Positions 16,943-25,640 of a stretch of 37,950 bases of DNA are shown piece by piece (position 1 is the first letter of the stretch; every line of letters begins with the position of its first letter). Below the pieces are notes generated by a model. It was not told the origin of the DNA, searched no databases, and saw only the letters and a program-made list of their open reading frames with translations. Both the position numbers and the translations under genes were made by a program. This DNA comes from Variovorax sp. GTDB taxonomy: Bacteria > Pseudomonadota > Gammaproteobacteria > Burkholderiales > Burkholderiaceae_C. The stretch is from positions 1 to 37,950 of the forward strand of contig JANPAK010000035.1 in the NCBI GenBank assembly GCA_031429925.1. Reading direction: 5' to 3'.

Positions 16943-19210
16943 GTGGCGATTCTGAGGCATTGGCCACGTATTGGGGTCACCCTTTTGCCCTTGATGGTGG
17001 CGTTGTTGCATGCCGCCAATGTCGTTCCTTTAACCGTGCTTCAGCGGCTGGATGACATCATTTATGATGCCCGCCTTCGAGCAACCATGCCCAAAAGTAT
17101 TGACGAGCGAATCGTCATTCTCGATATTGATGAGAAAAGCTTGGCTGAGGTTGGTCGTTGGCCGTGGGCGCGGAACAAAATGGCCAGTTTGGTCGACGAG
17201 CTCTTTGATCGCCAAAAAGTCGCTATCCTGGGGCTTGATGTGGTGTTTGCTGAGGCAGACGAGAGCTCGGGGCTGAAGCGCCTGCGTCAGTTGGCGAGCA
17301 ATGAATTCAAGGATCAACCAGGCTTTGGAGAGCGACTGAATCAGATTCAATCGAGCTTGGATTACGACAGCCTTTTCGCGCGCTCCCTTGAAAACCGCCC
17401 AGTGGTCTTGGGCTATTACATGACTAGTGATCGCGAAGGCCGCACCAGCGGCGTGTTACCCGCGCCGGTCATGGAAAAAACCGCCCTTCTTGGGCGCCCT
17501 ATTAAGTTTACGAGCTGGTCGGGCTTTGGGTCCAACATTGAATCATTGGCGAAGGCAGCACCGGTAGCGGGCTTCTTCAATTCGGTTACAGATACCGACG
17601 GTGTAGTGCGATCTATTCCGTTGGTGGCCGAATACAAAGGGCAGTATTACGAATCTCTGGCGGTGGCGATGTTTCGTGTGTTGACTGGCATGCCTAAAAT
17701 CGAGCCAGGTTTCCCGCAGGAGCGCTTTCTCGCAAGAGGTTACCAAGGGCTAGAAAGCATCCTTCTCAAGCAAGGGGGCAAGAGCCTCGCCATACCCGTA
17801 GATGATCGTGTCGCCACATTGGTGCCCTTTCGGGGGCCGGGCAATATCTCGGGCGGCTCGTTTAAATACATCTCCGCCGCAGATGTATTGGCGCGTCGAG
17901 TTGCACCTGGAGCGTTGTCGGGCAAGATCATATTGCTTGGCACGACGGCTCCTGGCTTGTTGGATTTGCGCGTCACTCCTGTTGGCGAAACCTATCCCGG
18001 TGTCGAGGTGCATGCGAATGTGATCTCAGGTCTTTTGGACGGGCGCCTTTATGTCAAGCCTGACTACGCGGTCGGATACGATGTGATCGTATTGCTTTTG
18101 GCCGGTTTGATATTGGCCTTCGCTCTACCCCTCCTATCGGCGCCCAAGGCGGTCGCGTTGAGTGCAGTAGTGATCACTGCGCTGGTCAGCCTGAACTTCT
18201 GGCTCTATTTGGGTGCTGGGTTGGTGTTGCCTTTGGCCGCTGCCCTAGTGATGGCGCTGACCGCGTTTGCCTTGAACATGAGCTATGGCTACTTTGTTGA
18301 GAGTAAGTCCAAGCGACAGATTGCCAACTTATTTGGCACTTATGTGCCGCCAGAGTTGGTGGACGAAATGGTAAAGGATCCCGATAGCTACAACATGAAG
18401 GCAACAAGCAAAGAGCTGACGGTGATGTTTTGCGATATGCGTGGCTTCACCAAGCTGAGTGAAACGATGGAGCCCACCCAGTTGCAGGGCCTGCTCAACG
18501 ATGTGTTCAGTCGGTTGACCAATGTTATCCGTAACAATCGAGGCACGATTGATAAATACATGGGCGACTGCGTCATGGCGTTCTGGGGCGCGCCCGTGGA
18601 TGCGCCGGACCACGCTGCGCTGGCGGTGAAAACCGCGATGGAGATGGCAAATGAGGTGCGCAAGATCAATGAAGAATACCGCGCCAAAGGCACACCTGAA
18701 ATCGGAGTGGGCATCGGACTGAATACCGGCTCGATGTGCGTGGGCGACATGGGCTCGTCGATTCGCAAGAGCTACACCGTGATTGGCGACTCAGTCAACC
18801 TCGGATCGCGCTTAGAGGGCTTGTCCAAAACCTATGGCGTCGACATCGTCGTGAGTGAGTCAACCAAGCAGCTCGCGACAGATTTCGCGTGGCAAGAGCT
18901 GGACAGGGTACGAGTCAAGGGCAAAGACCAAGCGGTGACCATTTTCTGGCCATTGGCCCCTCTGGATCGCCTGCCCAAGGAGTTGGGGGATGAAATCAAG
19001 CTGTGGAATAGCTTCCTGAAGTCCTATCGAAATCAAGATTGGGACCAGTGCGATCTGCAAATGCTCAATATAGAACGCAGCCAGACGTCCAAGAGCGGCA
19101 AATCTGCCAAAAAATACCTTTACCAACTGTATTCTGAGCGTGTAGCCTCAATGCGTCAGCTGCCGTTTGACCCGAGCTGGGACGGGGCGACTAATTTTGA
19201 GACCAAGTAA
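16943..19210 (+). CDS. Membrane CHASE2-domain class III adenylate cyclase
   Basis: IDEKSL..VGRWPW.R and DTDGVVR (CHASE2), 3 TMs, catalytic FCDMRGFT, DKYMGD and YTVIGDSVNLGSRLE (Lys/Thr purine-specifying pair typical of bacterial adenylate cyclases). Confidence 0.93.
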   Translation: MAILRHWPRIGVTLLPLMVALLHAANVVPLTVLQRLDDIIYDARLRATMPKSIDERIVILDIDEKSLAEVGRWPWARNKMASLVDELFDRQKVAILGLDVVFAEADESSGLKRLRQLASNEFKDQPGFGERLNQIQSSLDYDSLFARSLENRPVVLGYYMTSDREGRTSGVLPAPVMEKTALLGRPIKFTSWSGFGSNIESLAKAAPVAGFFNSVTDTDGVVRSIPLVAEYKGQYYESLAVAMFRVLTGMPKIEPGFPQERFLARGYQGLESILLKQGGKSLAIPVDDRVATLVPFRGPGNISGGSFKYISAADVLARRVAPGALSGKIILLGTTAPGLLDLRVTPVGETYPGVEVHANVISGLLDGRLYVKPDYAVGYDVIVLLLAGLILAFALPLLSAPKAVALSAVVITALVSLNFWLYLGAGLVLPLAAALVMALTAFALNMSYGYFVESKSKRQIANLFGTYVPPELVDEMVKDPDSYNMKATSKELTVMFCDMRGFTKLSETMEPTQLQGLLNDVFSRLTNVIRNNRGTIDKYMGDCVMAFWGAPVDAPDHAALAVKTAMEMANEVRKINEEYRAKGTPEIGVGIGLNTGSMCVGDMGSSIRKSYTVIGDSVNLGSRLEGLSKTYGVDIVVSESTKQLATDFAWQELDRVRVKGKDQAVTIFWPLAPLDRLPKELGDEIKLWNSFLKSYRNQDWDQCDLQMLNIERSQTSKSGKSAKKYLYQLYSERVASMRQLPFDPSWDGATNFETK

Positions 19211-19224
19211 GGCAGCTATTCCTC

Positions 19225-20016
19225 ATGAAAATCAGGGTTCTAGGATGCTCCGGCGCCATCGCCAAAGACTGCCGCACTACGTCATTCTTGATTGATGATG
19301 ACGTGCTGGTGGATGCGGGCACGGGCGTCGGCGATCTGACCTTGGTTGAAATGGCGGCGATCAATGATGTCTTGATCACACACTCGCACTTGGACCACAT
19401 CGCTAACCTGCCGTTGATGATTGACTCTGTGGCTTCGATGCGCACGCAACCCTTGCGCGTCCATGCATTGGCCGAAACTATCGAGGCATTGCAAAAGCAT
19501 ATATTTAACAGTTTAATTTGGCCAGACTTCACTAGAATTCCTACTTTGGAAGCGCCTTTCTTGAGCTTTCATCCTTTACAAACGGGCGCGCGTTTGCGAA
19601 TTGGCAATAAGATGGTGGAGGCATTGCCAGCGGTTCACACGGTGCCAGCCGTGGGGTATGCCATCACCGCAGGTGCAGGCTGCTGGGTGTTTTCGGGAGA
19701 TACGGAGCGCAATCCTGCTTTTTGGCAGCGCATCAACCAAATGAATGTGGCGATGCTGGTGATTGAGACGGCATTTTCCAACCGTGAAAAGCAGTTGGCG
19801 AAACTGAGTTTGCATTTGTCGCCCAATGTCTTGGCGCAAGAGCTTGATCAGATCGACAAGGCCAAGCGTTTCCCAATTTACATCATGCACACGAAGCCGG
19901 CTGAGACTGAGCAAATCATGGAGGAAATCCAGCGCTTTGACCAAACGCAACCCTTCGGACCTAACGTGACCCACGATATCCGCTGGTTACGAGCCGGACA
20001 GGAGCTCACTGTATGA
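19225..20016 (+). CDS. Metallo-beta-lactamase-fold 3',5'-cyclic-nucleotide phosphodiesterase (class II-like)
   Basis: LGCSG, DAGTG, THSHLDH, FNSLIWPDF, HTVP, SGDT and LHL motifs; adjacent to the cyclase. Confidence 0.85.
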   Translation: MKIRVLGCSGAIAKDCRTTSFLIDDDVLVDAGTGVGDLTLVEMAAINDVLITHSHLDHIANLPLMIDSVASMRTQPLRVHALAETIEALQKHIFNSLIWPDFTRIPTLEAPFLSFHPLQTGARLRIGNKMVEALPAVHTVPAVGYAITAGAGCWVFSGDTERNPAFWQRINQMNVAMLVIETAFSNREKQLAKLSLHLSPNVLAQELDQIDKAKRFPIYIMHTKPAETEQIMEEIQRFDQTQPFGPNVTHDIRWLRAGQELTV

Positions 20017-22445
20017 ATGCCGTTCTCAAGCCATCCACAATCTCAACGGACGCAGCAGAAAAAGCCTTCTTCGATTCGCAGATGTTGCCTAAAGAAAAGC
20101 GCGGCGTCACGTTTGAAGTCCTGTTTTATCGCCAATTGCAACAGGTGACGACGCGTATCCATGCAACGGACAACATCGACCAACTGATGTTGGAAGCTAG
20201 CGACGACATCTGCAAACTACTCAATGCAGATCGACTCACGTTGTATGCAATGAACGAAGACCAGACGGCAATTGTTTCCAAGATCAAGACGGGTTTAAAT
20301 GTTGCTAAGGATCTGAAACTACCGATCGGAGTTCAGAGCATTGCGGGATACGTCGCGATGGTGCGTCAGCCGGTAAACATTGCGGATGTCTATGACGATG
20401 AGGCATTGAAACGCATCCATCCGGCACTGTCTTTCCTTAAAGAGGTCGACAAGCGTTCAGGCTATCGCACCAAGCAAATGTTGGTGATGCCGATCTTGGA
20501 TGGCGAAAACTTGTACGGCGTCTTGCAGGTGATCAACAACAAAGGCGATGCGCCGTTTGGCGACTTAGAACTTGAAGGCGCAGACCAGCTTTGTAAGACT
20601 TTAGCAACCGCTATTCGACAGCGTGCTGAGAAAGCCAGCAAACAAGCTGAAGATTCTGCCCGTAAGCGAGCCACCAAATACGATGGTTTGATGAAGGATG
20701 GCGTGATTACTGCGGAGCAGCTTAAAGATTGCGTTGCTCGAGCCCGAGAGCAATCCAAATCGGTTGAGCATTTGCTGATGGCGGACTTTGGAATTCGACC
20801 CAGCCAAATTGGACCCTCGCTATCCAAATTCTTTGGCGTCGACTATGAGCCGTTCAAGGGAGGACGGATTCGTTCAGAAATGCTGCACTCCCCACTTAAG
20901 CTCGATTTTGTGCACTCGCAGGGTTGGATTCCTTTGGAAGAAACGCCAGAGGGCTTGGTGGTGATGTGCCTTGACCCTGAAGCGGTACGCGGATCGCGGA
21001 TTGTTCAGCAAATTTTCCCCCGTGTGTCGAAGATCAAGTATTGCATCACGACGCAAACAGAGTTTGAAGAAACCATCGTCCAGTTTTTTGGCGCAGGCGT
21101 GGAGGGGGGGTCGATTGATGAGTTGCTGGCTGATTTGAACTCACCGCTAGACGATGACGCAGATGAGTCGGCACTTGAATCAGCGGCGGCCGACAACGAA
21201 TTGGTGAAATTCGTCAACAAAGTCATTATCGACGCGTACAACCAGCGCGTCTCAGACATTCACATCGAACCGATGCCCGGTAAAGAAAAAACGGGTATTC
21301 GCTTTCGCATTGATGGCAGTCTGCAAACTTACATTGAAGTGCCGGCCAGCTTTAGGCAAGCCTTGGTCACGCGCTTGAAAATCATGTGTGATCTCGATAT
21401 TTCCGAGAAACGTAAGCCGCAAGACGGCAAAATAAAGTTCAAGAAGTATGGCCCCTTAGATATCGAACTGCGCGTGGCCACCATTCCATCTTCTGGAGGC
21501 ATGGAAGATGTCGTGATGCGAATTTTGGCCTCGGGCGAACCAATTCCGATGGATAAGTTGGGCCTTACGCCGCACAACCGAGAGCGACTCGAGAAAACGG
21601 TCTCCAAGCCTTATGGACTATTCTATGTTTGTGGTCCAACAGGCTCAGGCAAGACAACGACCTTACATTCTGTCTTGAAGTTTCTTAACAAGGTCGATAC
21701 AAAAATCTGGACCGCAGAAGACCCGGTTGAAATCACGCAAAAAGGGCTGCGGCAGGTTCAGATCAATAAGAAGGCCGGCATTGACTTTGCACTTATCATG
21801 CGCGCATTCCTGCGGGCTGACCCCGACATCATTATGGTGGGCGAGTCGCGCGACAAAGAAACGGTGAGCATGGGCGTAGAAGCCTCTCTGACAGGCCACC
21901 TCGTTTTCTCCACGCTGCATACCAACAGCGCACCCGAGTCGATCATTCGCTTGTTAGACATGGGCATGGACCCCTTCAATTTTGCCGACGCGCTTCTGGG
22001 CATCCTTGCGCAACGCTTGGCCAAAAAGCTCTGTGACTGCAAAGATGAATACACGCCAGATGCGAAAGAGATCAAGGCATTCATGCTGGAATACGCGGAG
22101 GATTTGCAGCACACCGCAGCTTGGGTGGCCGATCCGGGCGGTTCACAACAAGAGCTGCTGCAGACCTGGATCGATAACTACGGCAAAGACGGGCAACTTC
22201 GCTTCTATCGCCACGTGGGTTGCGATAAATGCAACAAGACGGGCTACAAGGGCCGCATTGGCTTGCATGAATTGCTGGTCGCAGATGACATAGTGAAAAA
22301 ACTCATCCAAGAGCGCGCCCGTGTCGCCGATATCTTTGTGGCGGCGGTGGGCGGCGGTATGCGCACCTTGAAGATGGACGGTATGGAAAAAGTCATGATG
22401 GGCTTGACCGATATCAAGATGGTGCGGCAGGTCTGTATCAAATAG
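20013..22445 (+). CDS. GspE/PilB-family secretion/pilus ATPase with N-terminal GAF domain
   Basis: GAF (DRLTLY, SIAGYVA, VDKRSGYRTKQMLVMPI, GVLQVINNK), SDIHIEP, Walker A GPTGSGKTT, EDPVE, LRADPDIIMVGE, His box TGHLVFSTLHTN, C..C/GC..C zinc motif; ATGA overlap with the PDE gene. Confidence 0.93.
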   Translation: MNAVLKPSTISTDAAEKAFFDSQMLPKEKRGVTFEVLFYRQLQQVTTRIHATDNIDQLMLEASDDICKLLNADRLTLYAMNEDQTAIVSKIKTGLNVAKDLKLPIGVQSIAGYVAMVRQPVNIADVYDDEALKRIHPALSFLKEVDKRSGYRTKQMLVMPILDGENLYGVLQVINNKGDAPFGDLELEGADQLCKTLATAIRQRAEKASKQAEDSARKRATKYDGLMKDGVITAEQLKDCVARAREQSKSVEHLLMADFGIRPSQIGPSLSKFFGVDYEPFKGGRIRSEMLHSPLKLDFVHSQGWIPLEETPEGLVVMCLDPEAVRGSRIVQQIFPRVSKIKYCITTQTEFEETIVQFFGAGVEGGSIDELLADLNSPLDDDADESALESAAADNELVKFVNKVIIDAYNQRVSDIHIEPMPGKEKTGIRFRIDGSLQTYIEVPASFRQALVTRLKIMCDLDISEKRKPQDGKIKFKKYGPLDIELRVATIPSSGGMEDVVMRILASGEPIPMDKLGLTPHNRERLEKTVSKPYGLFYVCGPTGSGKTTTLHSVLKFLNKVDTKIWTAEDPVEITQKGLRQVQINKKAGIDFALIMRAFLRADPDIIMVGESRDKETVSMGVEASLTGHLVFSTLHTNSAPESIIRLLDMGMDPFNFADALLGILAQRLAKKLCDCKDEYTPDAKEIKAFMLEYAEDLQHTAAWVADPGGSQQELLQTWIDNYGKDGQLRFYRHVGCDKCNKTGYKGRIGLHELLVADDIVKKLIQERARVADIFVAAVGGGMRTLKMDGMEKVMMGLTDIKMVRQVCIK

Positions 22446-22479
22446 AACCCATGCCTTGTTCAGGCGGAGTTATAGGTCG

Positions 22480-23982
22480 ATGAAAAGTGTTCCCAAATGG
22501 CTGATCAGCGTCAGCATGGCGGTAGCCCTGCTGGGCTGCGGCACGCAAACCGTCAACCCCGTCACCGGCCAACAAGAGCGCTCTGTGATGAGCGAGGCAG
22601 ACGAAGTGCGCGAAGGGGCGAAGGGGCATCAGGAGGTGCTTAAAGAGTACGGTGTACTGAAAAATGATCGCGTGCAAAACTATGTGAACGATATTGGACA
22701 ACGACTGGCCAAGCTTTCGCATCGCAGCCAACTCAAATGGACATTTACCGTGCTCGATAGCCCCGAGATCAATGCCTTTGCGCTGCCTGGGGGCTATGTG
22801 TACATCACGCGAGGCATCATGGCTTACTTGGACAGCGAGGCTGATTTGGCGGGCGTCGTGGGGCATGAAATTGGTCACGTCACGGCGCGGCATGGCGCGC
22901 AGCGTGCAACGCGTCAACAAAACGCTGCTGTCGGAGCGATCTTGGGCGGGCTGCTGGGCGCGGTGCTCGATGCCAAAGGTGGCGGCGGTATTGGTCAGCA
23001 GATCGGCGAGGCTTCCCAAGCAGCCGCTGCAGGCTATGTTGCGAAGTATGGGCGCGAGCAAGAGTTGCAAGCCGATGGCTTGGGCGCGGAATACTTGAGC
23101 CGCGTCAACTACGACCCGCGCAACATGATTGACGTGATCCGTGTGCTCAAAGATCAGGAGCGTTTTTCTGGAGACGTGGCGCGCGCGGAGGGCCGACCCG
23201 TGCCGCAGGGCGGCAATTCGTGGCTCGCCTCACATCCGAGCAATGATCAGCGGCTTGAGGCCATCTCCAAGATCGCTGCGCAATACCAAATCAATAAGAA
23301 TTATGCGGATGAAGGGCGCGTTCGCTATCTGCAGGTGATCGACGGCATGCCCTTTGGTGAAAGCCCGGAGCAGGGGCTTACGCGAGGGAGAAATTTTTAT
23401 CATTCGGGTTTGAACTTTGCACTCACCGCTGCCAATGGCTGGCGCATCAACAATGAAGCCGAGCAACTGACGATCGTCAACGCTGCTGGCGATGCAGCAC
23501 TAATCGTACAACTTGCACCCGCCGATGCAGGCCGCACGCATGAGGACGTGATTCGCAATGCCGTCAAACCTAGCTCAGGCCGCATTGAGCGCTATGCTAT
23601 CAACGGATTGCAAGCTTCGCATTTCACGGGAACTGTGCAAGCCCAAGGTGGGCAGCGCAGTATCGAGCTCACGGTAGCTACTGGCGCGAGCGGGCAGAAT
23701 TTTATCTTCCTCTACGCCGCCAAAGATGCCGCCACCCTGCAGCGCAACCGTGTCGTATTGAAAGACATAGAAAACACCTTTCGCGGCATGAGCGCGCAAG
23801 ATACCGCTGCTGCCAAGCCTTGGATCATTCGAAGCGCAGCCTTGCCACGCGGAGGCTTTGCAGATTTGGCGCGTACTGCGCCGATGGCCACACTGCCTGA
23901 GCAACAACTCAAGCTTATGAACGGTGTGTATTCCAGTGGCACAGTGCAGCCGGGGGCGTTGGTGAAGATGGTGGTGCAGTGA
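22480..23982 (+). CDS. M48-family zinc metalloprotease lipoprotein
   Basis: LLGC lipobox, NAFALPGG, HEIGH, YGREQELQAD and SHP; extended C-terminal domains. Confidence 0.9.
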   Translation: MKSVPKWLISVSMAVALLGCGTQTVNPVTGQQERSVMSEADEVREGAKGHQEVLKEYGVLKNDRVQNYVNDIGQRLAKLSHRSQLKWTFTVLDSPEINAFALPGGYVYITRGIMAYLDSEADLAGVVGHEIGHVTARHGAQRATRQQNAAVGAILGGLLGAVLDAKGGGGIGQQIGEASQAAAAGYVAKYGREQELQADGLGAEYLSRVNYDPRNMIDVIRVLKDQERFSGDVARAEGRPVPQGGNSWLASHPSNDQRLEAISKIAAQYQINKNYADEGRVRYLQVIDGMPFGESPEQGLTRGRNFYHSGLNFALTAANGWRINNEAEQLTIVNAAGDAALIVQLAPADAGRTHEDVIRNAVKPSSGRIERYAINGLQASHFTGTVQAQGGQRSIELTVATGASGQNFIFLYAAKDAATLQRNRVVLKDIENTFRGMSAQDTAAAKPWIIRSAALPRGGFADLARTAPMATLPEQQLKLMNGVYSSGTVQPGALVKMVVQ

Positions 23983-24003
23983 GTTTCACTGTATCCGTAG
24001 AAT

Positions 24004-24089
24004 TGCACTACCCGTAAGTTTTGCTCCGTGTCCCCCGCCTCGCTGCGCGCGTCTCCTCCTTTACCTACGCAAAACGCACGAGTAGCGCA
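24004..24089 (-). repeat. Hairpin element with conserved AAGGAGGAG...GGGGGACA core, copy A
   Basis: 21-bp imperfect stem (24004-24024 / 24069-24089) around core GTAGGTAAAGGAGGAG-acgcgcgcagcgaggc-GGGGGACACGGA (minus strand); between convergent genes. Confidence 0.75.
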
Positions 24090-24117
24090 TTCCTGCCAGC
24101 GTAACTTCGTTCAATGA

Positions 24118-24663
24118 CTAACGTACATCCGGCCGATTGCTCAGCTCATTCGGATTGGTTGCGTTGGAATCGATAGGAAAGTGTTGCACCAGCAGCGCGG
24201 AGATTTCTTCCATCGCTTGCGTGAGGCCGCGCTCGTAATCGCCGCGCTTTAAGTGATCGCTTAATTTAGCGACAGTTTCTTGCCAAAAATGGCTGTTTGC
24301 CGGCATAGATATTGCGCGATCAGCTACTATTTCTATAGCGCGTTCGGCAAGCAAAAGATAAATCAATACGCCGTTGTTGTGCTGCGTATCCCACACACGG
24401 AGTTTGCCAAACATGGCAATCGCTCGCTCGCGCGGCGCGGCGTCGCGCCAGAGGTAGCTCATGGGCAGGCCGGCTTCGATGCAGATGCGGATTTCGCCGC
24501 TGTGGCGTGCTTCGCTGGCTTGCGTGAAGCGCTCTAGCTGCGCGAGCAGCTCGAGCGGCACAGAGTGGCGCACGTCGCGGTCGTCCATCCAGCGATGTTT
24601 CCAGATGCGCTTGAGTTTGGCAAAGAAGTTGCGTTGAATTCGAGGTGAGCTTGCTTGCTGCAT
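24118..24663 (-). CDS. TPM-domain protein
   Basis: SEARHSGEIRICIE, F..LRVWDT..NNGVLIYLL..AIEIVADR and NELSN. Start reassigned to ATG 24663. Confidence 0.9.
   Translation of the reverse strand: MQQASSPRIQRNFFAKLKRIWKHRWMDDRDVRHSVPLELLAQLERFTQASEARHSGEIRICIEAGLPMSYLWRDAAPRERAIAMFGKLRVWDTQHNNGVLIYLLLAERAIEIVADRAISMPANSHFWQETVAKLSDHLKRGDYERGLTQAMEEISALLVQHFPIDSNATNPNELSNRPDVR
24292..24339 (-). repeat. 48-bp fixed-spacing motif, copy 5 (inside TPM gene, sense strand)
   Basis: GCTAT-agaaata-GTAGC-tgatc-GCGC-N12-GGC-aaac-AGC, encoding AIEIVADRAISMPANS. Confidence 0.75.
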
Positions 24664-24664
24664 A

Positions 24665-25585
24665 TCAAAAATCTCCACTCGCACCGCCGCCGCCAAAATC
24701 CCCGCCGCCACCGGAGCTAAAGCCTCCCCCGCCACCACCGCTCCAGCCTCCGCCACCTGCGCCAGATGACCAGCCGCCGCCGTCATAGCCGCGTGAGTGA
24801 CCACGCCGGCTACTGATTGCGCGGCCAAAACTGGAGATCAGGGTAAACAGCAGGGCTGCAAAAAATGCGACACCCGCAATCACCAGACTGGCAGTGACAA
24901 AAAACGCGATGCCGCCCACTGCGCCGCCAGTGACGAGCGAGCCAAGCTTGTTGCCAAAAATGCCCTTTGCAATCGCGCCACCAATCGGTACAGCGAAAAA
25001 CAGGAAGATGAAAAAATCCATCCATTCGAAACCGAGCTGCTGTGGATTGAAGCCGTCTTGTGCATCAGGCGCTGGCAAATTTTCAGCACCAATGCGTTTG
25101 TCGAGTTGTTCAATCGCCGCTTCAATGCCTTGCGCATACTGGCCTTGGCGAAGCGGCGGTGCGAGCGCGTTGCTGATGATTTGCTTGGCCGCGAGATCGG
25201 GAATGGCGCCCTCTAGGCTTTTAGCCACTTCAATGCGCAGTTTGCGATCTTCTTTGGCGATGATGATGAGCACACCATCGCCCACATCGCGCCGCCCGAT
25301 TTTCCACGCATTGGCTACGCGATTGGCATAGCTGGAAATATCTTCAGGCGCAGTCGTGTTCACCAGCAGCACGACGATTTGCGAGCCGCGCGTTTGCTCA
25401 ATGCGGGCGAGTTGCGTCTCGATACTTCCCGCCTCACCAGCAGAAAGAATTTGAGCAGTATCGACCACGCGGCTTGTGAGCTCAGGCACGGCTTGCTGTG
25501 CGCCGGCAAGCTGCGGCAAAAGCACAGCGAAGGCCAGCAGTGAGGCAGCGAGCCATTTACGAAAAATAGAATAAATTGCTATCAA
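24665..25585 (-). CDS. TPM-domain protein (YgcG-like) with Gly-rich tail
   Basis: VVDTA..LS, GSQIVVL, WKIGR..DG, RIEV..LEG.IPD and C-terminal GGGDFGGGGASGDF. Confidence 0.9.
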   Translation of the reverse strand: MIAIYSIFRKWLAASLLAFAVLLPQLAGAQQAVPELTSRVVDTAQILSAGEAGSIETQLARIEQTRGSQIVVLLVNTTAPEDISSYANRVANAWKIGRRDVGDGVLIIIAKEDRKLRIEVAKSLEGAIPDLAAKQIISNALAPPLRQGQYAQGIEAAIEQLDKRIGAENLPAPDAQDGFNPQQLGFEWMDFFIFLFFAVPIGGAIAKGIFGNKLGSLVTGGAVGGIAFFVTASLVIAGVAFFAALLFTLISSFGRAISSRRGHSRGYDGGGWSSGAGGGGWSGGGGGGFSSGGGGDFGGGGASGDF

Positions 25586-25625
25586 TTGATGAGCGCTTCA
25601 CGCAGATTTCATAACGGCTAGAAGC
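25578..25625 (+). repeat. 48-bp fixed-spacing motif, copy 6
   Basis: GCTAT-caattga-TGAGC-gcttc-ACGC-N12-GGC-taga-AGC; overlaps the predicted start of the YgcG-like gene. Confidence 0.75.
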
Positions 25626-25640
25626 TATTTTGTTTATAAC

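Noticed and set aside
16943-20016. Pycsar/CBASS-like cyclic-nucleotide anti-phage system
   Set aside because: The cyclase is a membrane CHASE2 sensor with adenine-specifying Lys/Thr residues, there is no TIR, TM or nuclease effector, and the context is not a defence island.
24680-24790. GGC/GGT-rich tandem-like repeat
   Set aside because: It is the normal Gly-rich C-terminal tail of YgcG/TPM proteins.
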